DNA from: Methylophilus sp.
Lineage (GTDB): Bacteria; Pseudomonadota; Gammaproteobacteria; Burkholderiales; Methylophilaceae
Length of the DNA: 64,000 nucleotides
Assembly: GCA_030696695.1 (NCBI GenBank)
Contig: JAUYRP010000001.1
Coordinates: 70,775-134,774 of the forward strand
Reading direction: 5' to 3'
The position numbers were made by a program, and so were the translations under genes. Shown here one piece after another: positions 46,463 through 57,261 of the stretch. Under the pieces are notes generated by a model. The model saw only the letters and a list, made by a program, of their open reading frames with translations. It made no database searches and had not been told where the DNA came from. Numbering within the stretch: position 1 is the first letter of the stretch; the number at the start of each line of letters is the position of its first letter.

Positions 46463-48643
46463 TTATGCTTCCCTCAACTTACTTCTTGCGGTTTTTGTCT
46501 CGCGGTCTTGCGTGCGTTTTTCTACAGGCAATACAATGATTATACAAGCTCCACCTGATTCTCTGTTTTCTATTTTAATTTGGCCACGCTGCTCTTCTAT
46601 CATTTTTTTCACAATGGCCAAACCGAGTCCTGTGCCATGCGCCTTGGTGGTCACGTAAGGTTCAAAAGCGTGCGTGAGCATGTCCACTGGGAATCCCAGA
46701 CCGTTGTCAGCGACCGTTAATTTTACCTTATCGCCATCGAGCATTGTTGTCACTTCAATCATCGGATGCGCTTGCATAGTCAGTGCATCTTGCGCGTTTT
46801 GAATAAGATTATGCAACACTTGTCGCAACATAGTGGGATCTCCAGCCACCGCGGGTAACTTAGGTTGCAAGTGCAAGGTCAGCTTCACGCCTTCTTCACC
46901 ATATAAGCTAGACACATCTCTAATCAAACTGTTGAGCTGTACGCTAATTAAATTAACGGTGGGCGTGCGGGCATATTCACTAAACTCATTCACCATGGAC
47001 TTCATTGCACCCACCTGATTCACGATGGTATCGGTTGCACGCTTCAACATCGCGGCGTCGGCTTCATCTAATTTACTATGCAATTTATGTTGTAGACGTT
47101 CTGCCGATAGCTGAATAGGGGTCAATGGGTTTTTAATTTCATGCGCCAATCTGCGCGCCACTTCTGCCCATGCTGCATCACGTTGTGCTTGCGCCATGGT
47201 GGTCACATCATCAAACACCACCACAAAACCGTTACCTGTACCTGCAGGTAAACGCGTTGCTCTGATTAAAATGTATTGCTTACCATGTGTGCCTGTAATT
47301 TCGATTTGTCGGTTCAGCTCTAACCTTGCCGAGTCTGGTTGCTTGGTAGTCTCAAAGTGCATTTGAATCATGTCTACAAACTCGTGTAGAAATGGGTGTT
47401 GCACTTTAATGTCTGCAAACTGCAAGTTTTCATATGGCGCGAGATCGATACCTAAAATATTGGTGGCGGTTAAGTTATAGGTACGCATTTCAAACGCTGC
47501 ATTAATCGCCAATACACCTGATGATAAATGCGCCAATATCGTTTCCAAATAGGCACGAGCAGCCTCCACGCGAATACGGTTCTGCTCGGTCGCCTTAGTG
47601 GCATCGTCCAACTGACGCGTCATACTGTTAAACGATTTCACCAACACACCTAGTTCATCGTTACCAAACTGCGGCAGTATATTGCTGTAATCACCACTAG
47701 CAATGGCGCGCGTACCCTCAGCCAACACACTAATCGGCTGAGATAATCGCCTACTCAGCAAAAACGCAATCGCCAGTGCTGACAACATCGCCAACATCAA
47801 CACCATGGTCAGCGTGAGCGCAAAGACATCTTTAAGCGAACTGCGGCTATACGATAACTCCTGATAATCTTGATAGACCTCTTGTACGGCTTCTGCTGTG
47901 TTAGAAAGTGCTTTTGGCACAGGTTGCAACAACTGTAAAATGCGCGTCTCCCCCGTCAGTCCCTGCACGTCCACTGGCGCCAAGACACGCATATACAAGC
48001 CCTTCCCGGGGATAGGCTCTATCTTTCCATAGACTTGACGTTGCGCTTGACGTAATTGTGGAATACTAGGCAATTCTGGTAAAAAGCTGCTTGGGTCTCC
48101 ACTCGACACCGACAAAATTCCACCTTGTGGGGTCAGTAATGCGGCTTCTAAAATGCCTGATTTTTCTCGTAAATCATTCAGTACGCTGTAGTGAGCCCGC
48201 ACTGGCTGAAACGCCAAACTGGTGGCCATGTTTTCTGCTTTTTCTTCAATATCAAGCAACATAATATCCAGTGCACGCTGCCCTAAACTCAAGCCTCCAT
48301 CGAGTGCGGATTCTACTTTGACGTTAAACCAAGACTCTATAGAACGCGTTAAAAAGTTGACGGATACGAGGTACACCACCAAACCAGGCAAAATAGCCAT
48401 GAACGCAAAGGCTGTGAGTAGCCTTAAATTCAGCCGGCTACCCACCACTTTAGCTTTGGCATTTTTATATAAATGCCATAACTGAAAGCCAATGAGGACT
48501 GCAAGCAACAGCGCCAGTGCAATGTTAATGTAAAGCAGATATTTGTAGTAATCCCCAGAAATGGAGGTATTGGAGCTTGCTATAGAAAGCAAGTACAACA
48601 GCACGATACTCATGCCGATGCTAATAAAAATAATGAGCCGCAT
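46463..48643 (-). CDS. ntrY: NtrY-like sensor histidine kinase (TM-HAMP-PAS-HisKA-HATPase)
   Basis: N-terminal TM cluster. H-box LAHEIKNPLTPIQLSAERL. N/G boxes NLIQNAQDA, DNGLGF, GTGLGLAIVKK. Confidence 0.7.
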   Translation of the reverse strand: MRLIIFISIGMSIVLLYLLSIASSNTSISGDYYKYLLYINIALALLLAVLIGFQLWHLYKNAKAKVVGSRLNLRLLTAFAFMAILPGLVVYLVSVNFLTRSIESWFNVKVESALDGGLSLGQRALDIMLLDIEEKAENMATSLAFQPVRAHYSVLNDLREKSGILEAALLTPQGGILSVSSGDPSSFLPELPSIPQLRQAQRQVYGKIEPIPGKGLYMRVLAPVDVQGLTGETRILQLLQPVPKALSNTAEAVQEVYQDYQELSYSRSSLKDVFALTLTMVLMLAMLSALAIAFLLSRRLSQPISVLAEGTRAIASGDYSNILPQFGNDELGVLVKSFNSMTRQLDDATKATEQNRIRVEAARAYLETILAHLSSGVLAINAAFEMRTYNLTATNILGIDLAPYENLQFADIKVQHPFLHEFVDMIQMHFETTKQPDSARLELNRQIEITGTHGKQYILIRATRLPAGTGNGFVVVFDDVTTMAQAQRDAAWAEVARRLAHEIKNPLTPIQLSAERLQHKLHSKLDEADAAMLKRATDTIVNQVGAMKSMVNEFSEYARTPTVNLISVQLNSLIRDVSSLYGEEGVKLTLHLQPKLPAVAGDPTMLRQVLHNLIQNAQDALTMQAHPMIEVTTMLDGDKVKLTVADNGLGFPVDMLTHAFEPYVTTKAHGTGLGLAIVKKMIEEQRGQIKIENRESGGACIIIVLPVEKRTQDRETKTARSKLREA

Positions 48644-48648
48644 GGCGT

Positions 48649-49224
48649 TTATTTTAAATCTTTAATGGACCAAGTATATATTGGAGAAGCAATATTCCAG
48701 TGCTCAGCACTTATCGTGTCCACTTGAATGGCTTTTGGTAGCTTGGTTTTATCCAGACGCATCAACAAGGCTGCTTGATAGTCCGTTTCTGCATCCAATG
48801 CATTTTTTTCAACGACATGCCAGTCTCGCAATTCCATCAACTGTTGACGCGCTTCGTTGAGGGTCTCAAAAGATTTTTGATGTGCATCATCGCTTACCAA
48901 ATACTGCCGCGTAAGTGCATGATAGCTTAAATTAATCGATTTTCTAGTGGTGACAATCTCATCATCAAACCAGTACCGGCGAGGCTCTACCAGTTGAAAC
49001 TCGACTAAAAAACTAAGCGGCACCCCTTTTTTAATGGCCTCTTCAATTGGCGTACCAAAACTGATCTCAAAATCCGCATTCAGTGCCAAATAATTGTCGT
49101 ATGGAATTAACTCTGCGTGTTTAACCACCATCGCATTCGACGCTGCCCATGCTAGGCAGGCAATAGCAAACAGTCCTAAAAATACACTAAATTTTTTGTA
49201 AAAGCGCATAAAAAAGTCCGTCAT
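48649..49224 (-). CDS. DUF4390-like periplasmic protein
   Basis: 191 aa with a signal peptide. Sits between rsmB and ntrY, a conserved betaproteobacterial position as I recall it. The start may instead be the internal Met at 49209. Confidence 0.6.
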   Translation of the reverse strand: MTDFFMRFYKKFSVFLGLFAIACLAWAASNAMVVKHAELIPYDNYLALNADFEISFGTPIEEAIKKGVPLSFLVEFQLVEPRRYWFDDEIVTTRKSINLSYHALTRQYLVSDDAHQKSFETLNEARQQLMELRDWHVVEKNALDAETDYQAALLMRLDKTKLPKAIQVDTISAEHWNIASPIYTWSIKDLK

Positions 49225-50479
49225 GAAACGGGCTAGGAATTAACTGACCATTAACACTTTGTAAGTGTTCACCCAAATTCACATCAAAAGGAATCGGCAA
49301 TTGCTTTGCATCACTATGTTGACTTAAAAAGGTATCCATTTGCCGTTGGTTTTCTTGCTCAAACACTGAACAAGTAACATAAAGCAATTTTCCGCCTTTT
49401 GCCAATATTTGCCATAAATTCAACAAAATTGCCGACTGTTGTTGCGTGAATGAGACAATGTCCGCTTCTCTACGTAGCCATTTAATGTCTACATGACGAC
49501 GCACAATGCCGGATGCGCTACACGGCACATCCGCCAAAATACGATCGAATAATTGTCCGTCGTACCAACCCTCGGTGTTAGCTGCATTCCCCACTTTTAA
49601 AGTGGCTTTCGCCGACAATCTCGTCAAATTGCTTGATACACGCTCCAAACGTGATGCATCACTATCTAATGCAGTTAACTGAATATCTGCATACTCCAAC
49701 AAATGTCCAGTTTTTCCGCCAGGCGCGCAACAGGCATCTAACACTCGCATATTGGGTTTAAGGTCTAGCAAGTATGGCGCAAGTTGTGCGCCGTAATCTT
49801 GTACCGACACTACACCATCCGCAAATCCTGGCACTTTGTCGACAGATAAGGGCTGATCCAACATCACCGCACAAGGGCCTATCTGTTTTGCAGCAATGCC
49901 TTGTCGATTCAGCAGTTGCACATAATCGTATGTGGTGATTTTGCGTTGATTGACGCGCAAGGTCATTGGCGGGTGTGTATTACCCACCAACAACATAGCT
50001 TGCCAAGATTGCGGATATTGTTGCCTGAGGGTATTTATCCACCATTGCGGATAAGAATAAGTGGCAACTTCATGCTGCGCAACTTGTTTTGCAAGCTTAT
50101 CTTTTTGACGCAAAAAATTGCGCAGCACGCCATTGACCAATCCTTTTGCCCAAGCAGGCTTTGCAGAACTGGCCGCTTTGACCGCTTGATTCACTACCGT
50201 AAAGTCGTCTGCTTTATCGTGCAAGAGTTGAAACAATGCAACCAGCAATAGCGCATGCACATGTCCATCTGACAAGGGCTTTTCTAACAGTTGATTGAGG
50301 TAAATCTCCAACTCACCATAAAATCGCAACGTGCCATAGCTTAAATCAGCGCCCGCGCCACGTTGCTGTGGTGTTGCATTGGCAAAACGTTGCTGCGCAT
50401 CAGGCAATGCAAGAGTGAGATTTCTGCCAGATAATACTTGGCGTACAGCATTGGCAGCAATTTGTTGAGCAATATACAC
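49187..50479 (-). CDS. rsmB: 16S rRNA (cytosine967-C5)-methyltransferase RsmB
   Basis: NusB-like N-terminus. DACCAPGGKT, DVPCSASGIVRRHVDIKW and YVTCSVFEQEN motifs. Located in the def-fmt-rsmB neighbourhood. Confidence 0.9.
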   Translation of the reverse strand: MYIAQQIAANAVRQVLSGRNLTLALPDAQQRFANATPQQRGAGADLSYGTLRFYGELEIYLNQLLEKPLSDGHVHALLLVALFQLLHDKADDFTVVNQAVKAASSAKPAWAKGLVNGVLRNFLRQKDKLAKQVAQHEVATYSYPQWWINTLRQQYPQSWQAMLLVGNTHPPMTLRVNQRKITTYDYVQLLNRQGIAAKQIGPCAVMLDQPLSVDKVPGFADGVVSVQDYGAQLAPYLLDLKPNMRVLDACCAPGGKTGHLLEYADIQLTALDSDASRLERVSSNLTRLSAKATLKVGNAANTEGWYDGQLFDRILADVPCSASGIVRRHVDIKWLRREADIVSFTQQQSAILLNLWQILAKGGKLLYVTCSVFEQENQRQMDTFLSQHSDAKQLPIPFDVNLGEHLQSVNGQLIPSPFHDGLFYALLQKI

Positions 50480-50570
50480 AGTAGTGACTCAGTGAAGTTA
50501 TGTTGGTTTTAAAGAGGCTTGATTCTACTTGATTCATGCCAGCAACACCCTACACTTTTGGCGCGGGCAT

Positions 50571-50608
50571 AAAAAAGGCGATGCAAGCATCGCCCTTTTC
50601 ATTTTTTT
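50571..50608 (-). terminator. Rho-independent terminator downstream of htpX (bidirectional architecture)
   Basis: GGCGATGC-(loop)-GCATCGCC at 50577-50594, flanked by an A-tract and T-tracts. Confidence 0.8.
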
Positions 50609-50614
50609 ACGCAG

Positions 50615-51466
50615 TTAGTACTGACTAGCAAGCGCTATTAACTTAGCAATACGGTCTTCTGTTTGCGGATGCGTACTGAACAACCCTCTTAAACTTCCGC
50701 CTGAAAGTGGGTTGATAATCATCATTTGCCCAGTTTCTGGGTGCGCTTCTGCGGTTTCATTGGGAATTTGATGTGCATAATCGTGTATCTTTTCTAGAGC
50801 ACTCGCCAATGCTTTAGGATCACGGCTGATTTCTGCCCCCATTCTATCTGCTTCAAACTCACGTGCACGTGATATCGCCATTTGAATTAATGAAGCCGCA
50901 AGTGGTGCAAGAAACATCATCAACAATCCCAATAATGGATTGCCGTTACGTTCACGGCCGCCGCCAAACATCAAACCAAACTGCGCGATGGAGGCAATGG
51001 CACCCGCCACTGTGGCTGAAATGGTAGAAATCAGGGTGTCACGGTTTTTAACGTGCGCCAACTCGTGCGCCATCACACCACGCAGCTCGCGTTCATTTAA
51101 AATTTTCATGATTCCCACCGTAGCAGCCACCGCAGCATTTTCTGGGTTACGCCCTGTAGCAAAGGCGTTGGGCTGCGACTCATTAATCACATACACTTTT
51201 GGCATAGGCAATTGCGCACTCTCGGCCAATTCTTTTACCATGGCGTAATAATTGCGAAACTCTCTATTGTCTGGTGTGACTTCCATCGCGCCATACATTT
51301 TGAGTACCGCTTTGTCACTAAACCAGTAAGCGTACACATTCATTGCTGCCGCTAACCCCAAGGCTATCATCATGCCTCCTGCACCGCCCATGGCTGCACC
51401 CACGCTACCAAATAGCGCCACAATCGCAGCCATCAATGCAAACGTTTTCATCCAATTACCGAACAT
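50615..51466 (-). CDS. htpX: Zinc metalloprotease HtpX (M48B)
   Basis: 283 aa, 4 TM segments, [10 protein letters not shown] motif. Confidence 0.9.
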   Translation of the reverse strand: MFGNWMKTFALMAAIVALFGSVGAAMGGAGGMMIALGLAAAMNVYAYWFSDKAVLKMYGAMEVTPDNREFRNYYAMVKELAESAQLPMPKVYVINESQPNAFATGRNPENAAVAATVGIMKILNERELRGVMAHELAHVKNRDTLISTISATVAGAIASIAQFGLMFGGGRERNGNPLLGLLMMFLAPLAASLIQMAISRAREFEADRMGAEISRDPKALASALEKIHDYAHQIPNETAEAHPETGQMMIINPLSGGSLRGLFSTHPQTEDRIAKLIALASQY

Positions 51467-51547
51467 CGTTCTCTCCTAAATACAGATGCCAACCAAACAG
51501 CCAATTACTACTGTGAATATGCGCGCGATTTGCGCATTTTCAATGGC

Positions 51548-52471
51548 TTAGCCAAAAATTTCACCCAATTGGACATGCTGACCCTGAATAAATTGCTGCG
51601 CCGTCTGCCGTTTCGCCCCTGGCATTTGCAACTCTGCAATATCCAGCAAACCGTCTCCACAACCAACAGTGATTTGCGTGCCCAAAGCAACTATTTCACC
51701 AGAATTACCTTTGCCAACCCGATTTGTTGCAAACCAAATCTTGCACACTTCACCTCTGAATATCGTTGAAGCTACTGGGAACGGATTAAATGCTCTCACT
51801 TGTCTGGATAGCGCCTCAGCTGGCTGTTGCCAATCTATCTTAGACTCATATTTTTCTAACTTGTGAGCATAGGTGACCAAGGCCTCATCTTGTGGCGTGG
51901 CTTCTAACTTACCCTCTTTCACTAACGTATGCATGGCATCCACCATTAATTGGGCACCCAGTTGACTCAACGCATCATGCAAACTTTGTGTCGTATCCGT
52001 TGGTAAAATGGGGATTTCTCCCTTGATTACCATAGCGCCCGCATCTAAGGCTGGCAACACTTCCATAATGGTGACGCCAGTTTCAGCATCGCCTGCCAAA
52101 ATTGCACGATGTATAGGCGCAGCACCGCGCCATCTTGGCAACAACGATGCGTGGATGTTGTAACAACCTTGCTTAGGCATGGCTAGAACTGAAGTTGGAA
52201 TAATTAGGCCATATGCAGCCACGATCATGACATCAGCGTGCGTGGCTTCAATTTGCGCTTGCACTTCTGCAGGCTTGAGGGATGCTGGCTGAAACACTTT
52301 AAGCTGGTGTTGCAAAGCCAGTTGCTTCACTGGGCTTGCTCTTAATTGCATGCCTCTACCAGCTGGACGATCCGGCTGCGTGAGCACCATCACGATATGA
52401 TGGCCAGCTGCGATCAAGGCTGATAATGCAGGCACTGCAAACTCTGGCGTCCCCGCAAAAATAATGTTCAT
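51548..52471 (-). CDS. fmt: Methionyl-tRNA formyltransferase
   Basis: MNIIFAGTPEFAVPAL start and HASLLPRWRGAAPI motif. Confidence 0.95.
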   Translation of the reverse strand: MNIIFAGTPEFAVPALSALIAAGHHIVMVLTQPDRPAGRGMQLRASPVKQLALQHQLKVFQPASLKPAEVQAQIEATHADVMIVAAYGLIIPTSVLAMPKQGCYNIHASLLPRWRGAAPIHRAILAGDAETGVTIMEVLPALDAGAMVIKGEIPILPTDTTQSLHDALSQLGAQLMVDAMHTLVKEGKLEATPQDEALVTYAHKLEKYESKIDWQQPAEALSRQVRAFNPFPVASTIFRGEVCKIWFATNRVGKGNSGEIVALGTQITVGCGDGLLDIAELQMPGAKRQTAQQFIQGQHVQLGEIFG

Positions 52472-52529
52472 GCGTCAAACTTTCTCATAAGGATGTAATG
52501 CGGTGATGCGTCAGTTGGAATGACAAGCG

Positions 52530-53045
52530 CTAATAGTTATTTCGCTCGATTTCGCGCGCATGCTTTAGCATTTTAGTTTTAATGCGGTTGCGCTTAAGCG
52601 GTGAGAGGTACTCAACAAATACCTTACCTTTTAAATGGTCCATTTCATGTTGAATACACACGCTCAATAAACCATCTGCTTCTAAGGTAAATTTTTTACC
52701 CTCTGTATTCTGCGCCTCCACTTTTATGCGCTCCGCTCTCGTCACAGTTTCATAGACACCTGGGACAGATAAACAACCTTCTTCATAGGTTTGCATGCCC
52801 GCATGATTCAGAATTTTTGGATTAATCAGCACCAGTAAATCATTCTGCTCTTTGCTGGTATCAATCACAATGAGTTGAATGTGCCGATCCACCTGCGTTG
52901 CAGCTAGCCCAATACCAGGTGCAGCATACATAGTTTCTTGCATATCTTGCACTAGACGCTTGAGGTCTGCATTAAACTCAGCAACTGGTTTTGCCACAGT
53001 GTGTAAGCGTGGATCAGGGTAATTAAGTATTGGTAAGAGTGCCAT
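52530..53045 (-). CDS. def: Peptide deformylase
   Basis: [14 protein letters not shown] and HEMDH motifs. Confidence 0.95.
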   Translation of the reverse strand: MALLPILNYPDPRLHTVAKPVAEFNADLKRLVQDMQETMYAAPGIGLAATQVDRHIQLIVIDTSKEQNDLLVLINPKILNHAGMQTYEEGCLSVPGVYETVTRAERIKVEAQNTEGKKFTLEADGLLSVCIQHEMDHLKGKVFVEYLSPLKRNRIKTKMLKHAREIERNNY

Positions 53046-53189
53046 AAACTAAAAGTGTTGTCTTATATTCACAACCGCCGTTTTGAAAATGTTTCAATTG
53101 CCAAAAAAGCTTGATTGTTGAATGAATTACATGATAAATTTAATGCAACTTCGCGGATTTTTCCGCTCATTTTGACCGAGGTCAACTGT

Positions 53190-54251
53190 ATGTTTCGTAC
53201 TATTATAACGCTGCTGAGTCTAAGTTGTTTATGCTTATCTGCTCAAGCAGACGAAATTACATTACAAAAAAATCACCCAGAGCGTTATGTGGTTAAAAAA
53301 GGCGATACCCTTTGGGGCATCTCCGGAGCCTTTTTAAAAGACCCATGGCAGTGGCCAAAAGTTTGGAAAATGAACCGCGCGGAAATCAAAAATCCGCATC
53401 TTATATACCCTGGTGATGTCGTTGTACTAGACATGTCTAGCGGTAATCCAGAATTTAAACTCCTTCGTCAAACCGTCACGCTTGAACCTGGTGTCATTGA
53501 AGAGCCTCTAGAAAAAGAAGCTATTTACACCATCCCACCTAACGTGATCGGCCCTTTTCTAAGCCAACCGTTACTGATTGAAAAGGGTGAATTAGACAAT
53601 GCGCCACGCATTGTGGGCGTTCAGGATAATCGCTTAATTCTTAGTCCTGGCACGCGTGTGTACATCAATAACCTTGAGGATAACGACAAAACCTTTTGGA
53701 GTATTTATCGCCCTGGAGATACACTGAAAGATCCTGATACGAACGAGCTTTTGGGTACAGAGGCTATTTACCTTGGTGATGCTAGGATTACTAAATTTGG
53801 TAAACCAGCTTCGGGCAATATCGTTAAAGCGAAGGAAGAAATTTTCACTAAAGATCGCTTGGTGATAGCATCAGAAGGTTTCAAAGAAAGTTTTATACCC
53901 CACGCACCCGAAACAGATGTACGCGGTCGTATATTGAGAATTTATGGTGGTGTAGCAGAAGCTGGCCCAGAAACAGTCGTTTCCATCAATTTAGGCAAGC
54001 AAAATGGGATTGAAGATGGTCATGTGCTCGCAATCAGTAGGCATGGCAAAATTATTAAAGATCCTGAATACAAAGTGGACAAAACTAAAGCGGTCGACCC
54101 TGAGAGTAAACTTAAACCTGACCAACTACAGTTACCTGATGAACGTGTTGGGTTATTAATGATATTCAGAACATTTGATCGTGTTGCTTATGGTCTTATC
54201 ATGCAAGCATCGGACGCGATTTATACCTTGGACACCGTACATACGCCTTAA
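53190..54251 (+). CDS. LysM peptidoglycan-binding domain protein
   Basis: Signal peptide MFRTIITLLSLSCLCLSAQA, then LysM YVVKKGDTLWGISGAFL...IYPGDVV. Divergent from def and upstream of dprA. Confidence 0.8.
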   Translation: MFRTIITLLSLSCLCLSAQADEITLQKNHPERYVVKKGDTLWGISGAFLKDPWQWPKVWKMNRAEIKNPHLIYPGDVVVLDMSSGNPEFKLLRQTVTLEPGVIEEPLEKEAIYTIPPNVIGPFLSQPLLIEKGELDNAPRIVGVQDNRLILSPGTRVYINNLEDNDKTFWSIYRPGDTLKDPDTNELLGTEAIYLGDARITKFGKPASGNIVKAKEEIFTKDRLVIASEGFKESFIPHAPETDVRGRILRIYGGVAEAGPETVVSINLGKQNGIEDGHVLAISRHGKIIKDPEYKVDKTKAVDPESKLKPDQLQLPDERVGLLMIFRTFDRVAYGLIMQASDAIYTLDTVHTP

Positions 54252-54253
54252 AC

Positions 54254-55378
54254 ATGACGCAAGTCACGCAAGGCGCGGATAAAGACACTGCCTTATGGGT
54301 TGCGCTCAGCCTAATCCAAGGGATAGGCAGCGTTACACTATGTCAGTTACTCAGTAAATTTGGGTCCCCAGATGCTATTTTCTCCGCAAGCAAATCACAA
54401 TTAAAAGAAGTCGTGGTCGATGTAATCGCATCTGCTATTCATCAGGGACCTAACCACGATTCAGTCGCACCCACACTCACTTGGTTAGCAAACCCACAAA
54501 ATCATCTCATCACGCTCGCTGATGAGATTTACCCCAAAATACTTTTAGAAATATCTAATCCACCAGCAGTGTTGTACGCAAAAGGCAATCTAGATTGCTT
54601 ATTGAAGCCATGCTTGGCTATCGTCGGTAGCCGCAATGCCACCCCTCAGGGCGAGAAAAACGCTGAGAATTTTGCCGAAAACTTAAGCCTCAACGGCCTT
54701 TGTGTTGTCAGTGGAATGGCGCTTGGCATAGATGGCGCAGCACATCGCGGAGCACTCAAAGCAAGTGGTGCCACCATAGCCGTGGTGGGCACTGGTCTAG
54801 ATATTGTTTACCCAGCCAAACATCGCAACCTAGCGCATCAAATTGCTACCCATGGATTAATGCTGTCTGAATTCCCTTTAGGCACACCATCAAAACCACA
54901 AAACTTTCCCAGAAGAAATAGAATCATCAGTGGCTTAAGTCTGGGTTGCTTGGTGATTGAAGCAAATCTGGATAGCGGCTCGCTCATTACGGCCAGATTA
55001 GCCGCTGAGCAAGGGCGCGAGGTGTTTGCGATTCCAGGTTCCATTCACTCCCCAGTAGCCAAAGGCTGTCATCAACTGATTAAACAGGGTGCAAAACTTG
55101 TGGAATCTACTGAAGACATTATGAGTGAATTACAAGCATTACTTCCGCTCAGAACATTGGTTAACACTAGCCCAGATGGGTCACTACCCAAACGGGCTAA
55201 TGCTGACCCGGAAGCCAATACAGTGCTGGATTCCATGGGGTTCGACCCTGTGCATTTCGACACTTTACTTAGCCTTACAGGCTTGACTGTTAGCGCGCTT
55301 TCTACGATGCTTACACTACTGGAATTAGATGGGAAAGTGTCGCCCTTGAATGGAGGGAAATTTCAGCGTCTGAATTAA
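54254..55378 (+). CDS. dprA: DNA-processing protein DprA (Smf)
   Basis: LAIVGSRNATPQG...VVSGMALGIDGAAHRGAL...FPRRNRIISGLS motifs. Confidence 0.92.
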   Translation: MTQVTQGADKDTALWVALSLIQGIGSVTLCQLLSKFGSPDAIFSASKSQLKEVVVDVIASAIHQGPNHDSVAPTLTWLANPQNHLITLADEIYPKILLEISNPPAVLYAKGNLDCLLKPCLAIVGSRNATPQGEKNAENFAENLSLNGLCVVSGMALGIDGAAHRGALKASGATIAVVGTGLDIVYPAKHRNLAHQIATHGLMLSEFPLGTPSKPQNFPRRNRIISGLSLGCLVIEANLDSGSLITARLAAEQGREVFAIPGSIHSPVAKGCHQLIKQGAKLVESTEDIMSELQALLPLRTLVNTSPDGSLPKRANADPEANTVLDSMGFDPVHFDTLLSLTGLTVSALSTMLTLLELDGKVSPLNGGKFQRLN

Positions 55379-55429
55379 GTACCTGTGAATATTCGCCAGT
55401 GATTCATCATAACCAACAGAGGAGGCAAC

Positions 55430-55903
55430 ATGTTAGAAGTGCTAATTTTTATGTTCCAAAATTATTTTGGAACACAGCCTCAAAAGAGCTCTGCGGATAT
55501 TGAAGAAGATTTTTTGGCGCAAGAACTTTCGCAGGCTGGGTTTGATCACAACGACATAGTGGGCGCCTTTGATTGGTACAAGCAATTACGTTGTTTAATC
55601 AGTCAACCTTACCACCAATACCTATCCAGCCCGACTTCGTTTCGTGTCTACATCGACCAAGAGTTGGAGCGCATAGATGCAGAAAGTTTTGGCTTTCTAA
55701 GCTTCGTTGAACAGGCTGGTGTCATCAAACCCAATGAGCGTGATTTGATCATCGACCGTGCCATGGCGCTCAAGCAAAAAGACATTACCATTGAAGAAGT
55801 GCGCTGGATAACGATGATGGTGTTATGGAATGACAACCGCAAAAAAGATTATTTATTTGTGGAAGATGCTGTTTTCAATCCAAAAGGGTTGACCTTACAG
55901 TAA
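55430..55903 (+). CDS. smg: Smg protein (DUF494)
   Basis: 157 aa, MLEVLIFMFQNYF start. Downstream of dprA, as in E. coli. Confidence 0.85.
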   Translation: MLEVLIFMFQNYFGTQPQKSSADIEEDFLAQELSQAGFDHNDIVGAFDWYKQLRCLISQPYHQYLSSPTSFRVYIDQELERIDAESFGFLSFVEQAGVIKPNERDLIIDRAMALKQKDITIEEVRWITMMVLWNDNRKKDYLFVEDAVFNPKGLTLQ

Positions 55904-55924
55904 AAACCTACCGTAAATTACCCA

Positions 55925-55957
55925 TAAAAAAACCTAGCCATTAGCTAGGTTTTTTTA
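55925..55957. terminator. Bidirectional rho-independent terminator between smg and metF
   Basis: AAAAAACCTAGC-CATTA-GCTAGGTTTTTTT: a palindromic stem extended by complementary A- and T-tracts. Confidence 0.85.
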
Positions 55958-55975
55958 TGGACTGAATCTATTCAA

Positions 55976-56806
55976 TCAACTCAAATTTTGTATGATTTTA
56001 CTGATCGTCCCGGCTTGATTGAGTGTGTAGAAGTGCATATTACTAACGCCTGAGGCAATCAGCTTACTGCACATTTCAGTCACCACATCTGCACCATACG
56101 CGCGTAAGGAAGGCAAATCATCGCCATAAGCTTCTAAACGCAAACGTAACCAGCGCGGGATTTCCGCGCCACACACACCTGAAAATCGTGCGAGTTGCGT
56201 GTAGTTATAGATAGGCATGACACCTGGAACGATAGGCACACGAATGTCCTGTTGCGCACACACTTCTAAAAACCTGTAATAGGCATCGGCATTATAAAAA
56301 TACTGTGTGATGGCTGAATTGGCACCCGCATCCACTTTACGTTTAAAGTTGGCAATGTCCTTCGCTGCTGATTGTGCTTCTGGATGAAATTCTGGGTAAG
56401 CAGCGACTTCAATGTGAAACCAATCGCCAGTTTCTTGACGAATAAATGTCACCAATTCGTTGGCATACTTAAAGTCGCCTGCGCTCACCTCACCCGAAGG
56501 CACATCACCACGCAACGTAACCAAGCGCTTAATCCCTTTGGCTTGATACGCACTCAATAACTCACGGATCTCTTCTTTACTTGATGAAATGCATGATATA
56601 TGTGGCGCAGCTGCATAGCCTTCTGCTTGAATCTCAAATACAGTTTCCATGGTACGGTCACGCGTAGATCCGCCAGCCCCAAATGTCACTGAGAAAAACT
56701 CTGGCTTAAATTTTGCCAATTCCGTTCTGGCGATCCGTAAATTGGCAATACCTTCCGCAGTTTTCGGCGGAAAAAATTCAAAGCTGTAGGAGATGTGTTG
56801 TGTCAA
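55976..56806 (-). CDS. metF: Methylenetetrahydrofolate reductase
   Basis: 276 aa. SFEFFPPKT, VTFGAGGSTR and TLRGD motifs. Confidence 0.92.
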   Translation of the reverse strand: MTQHISYSFEFFPPKTAEGIANLRIARTELAKFKPEFFSVTFGAGGSTRDRTMETVFEIQAEGYAAAPHISCISSSKEEIRELLSAYQAKGIKRLVTLRGDVPSGEVSAGDFKYANELVTFIRQETGDWFHIEVAAYPEFHPEAQSAAKDIANFKRKVDAGANSAITQYFYNADAYYRFLEVCAQQDIRVPIVPGVMPIYNYTQLARFSGVCGAEIPRWLRLRLEAYGDDLPSLRAYGADVVTEMCSKLIASGVSNMHFYTLNQAGTISKIIQNLS

Positions 56807-56834
56807 TTTTTTAATCTTTATTTAAATTTATAAA

Positions 56835-57182
56835 TTAATCTTTATCTAAAACAATGGCACTTAAAACCCACGAAATCAGGCTGTACACTAGCGCGCCAAT
56901 AATACCCGCTAAGACTGTATTTACCGTAAAACCATTTAAAAAGTTGCCAACTGCCCAAAACAAAAGCCCATTAATCACGAAGATGAATAAACCTAAAGTC
57001 AGAATAGTCACTGGCAGTGTCAAAATAACCAGAATAGGCTTGATCAAAATATTCGCTAAACCAATGATGGCTGCAGCGATTAATGCGGCGGTAAAACTAT
57101 CTACATGGATGTTGGGCACAATGTATGCAACACCAATCAATGCTAAACCATTTAAAATCCAACTGATTAATAATTTAAACAT
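56835..57182 (-). CDS. DUF360 / holin superfamily IV-like 4-TM membrane protein
   Basis: 115 aa with four TM segments. Embedded between ahcY and metF. Confidence 0.7.
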   Translation of the reverse strand: MFKLLISWILNGLALIGVAYIVPNIHVDSFTAALIAAAIIGLANILIKPILVILTLPVTILTLGLFIFVINGLLFWAVGNFLNGFTVNTVLAGIIGALVYSLISWVLSAIVLDKD

Positions 57183-57261
57183 GGTAGCGCCTTATTGAAA
57201 AAGATACGGTCAGTGTAGCACTGACCGCATCTCATTTTCTACTAGGGACTAATGCAATCAA

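Noticed and set aside
51508-51769. Short ORFs overlapping the 3' end of fmt and the htpX-fmt spacer
   Set aside because: They overlap the well-supported fmt frame or lie in an 81-nt spacer. There is no RBS and no motifs.
56835-57182. A 'phage holin family' protein as a prophage remnant
   Set aside because: There are no other phage genes. The gene is embedded in the riboswitch-controlled ahcY-metF operon, so it is treated as a cellular DUF360 membrane protein.
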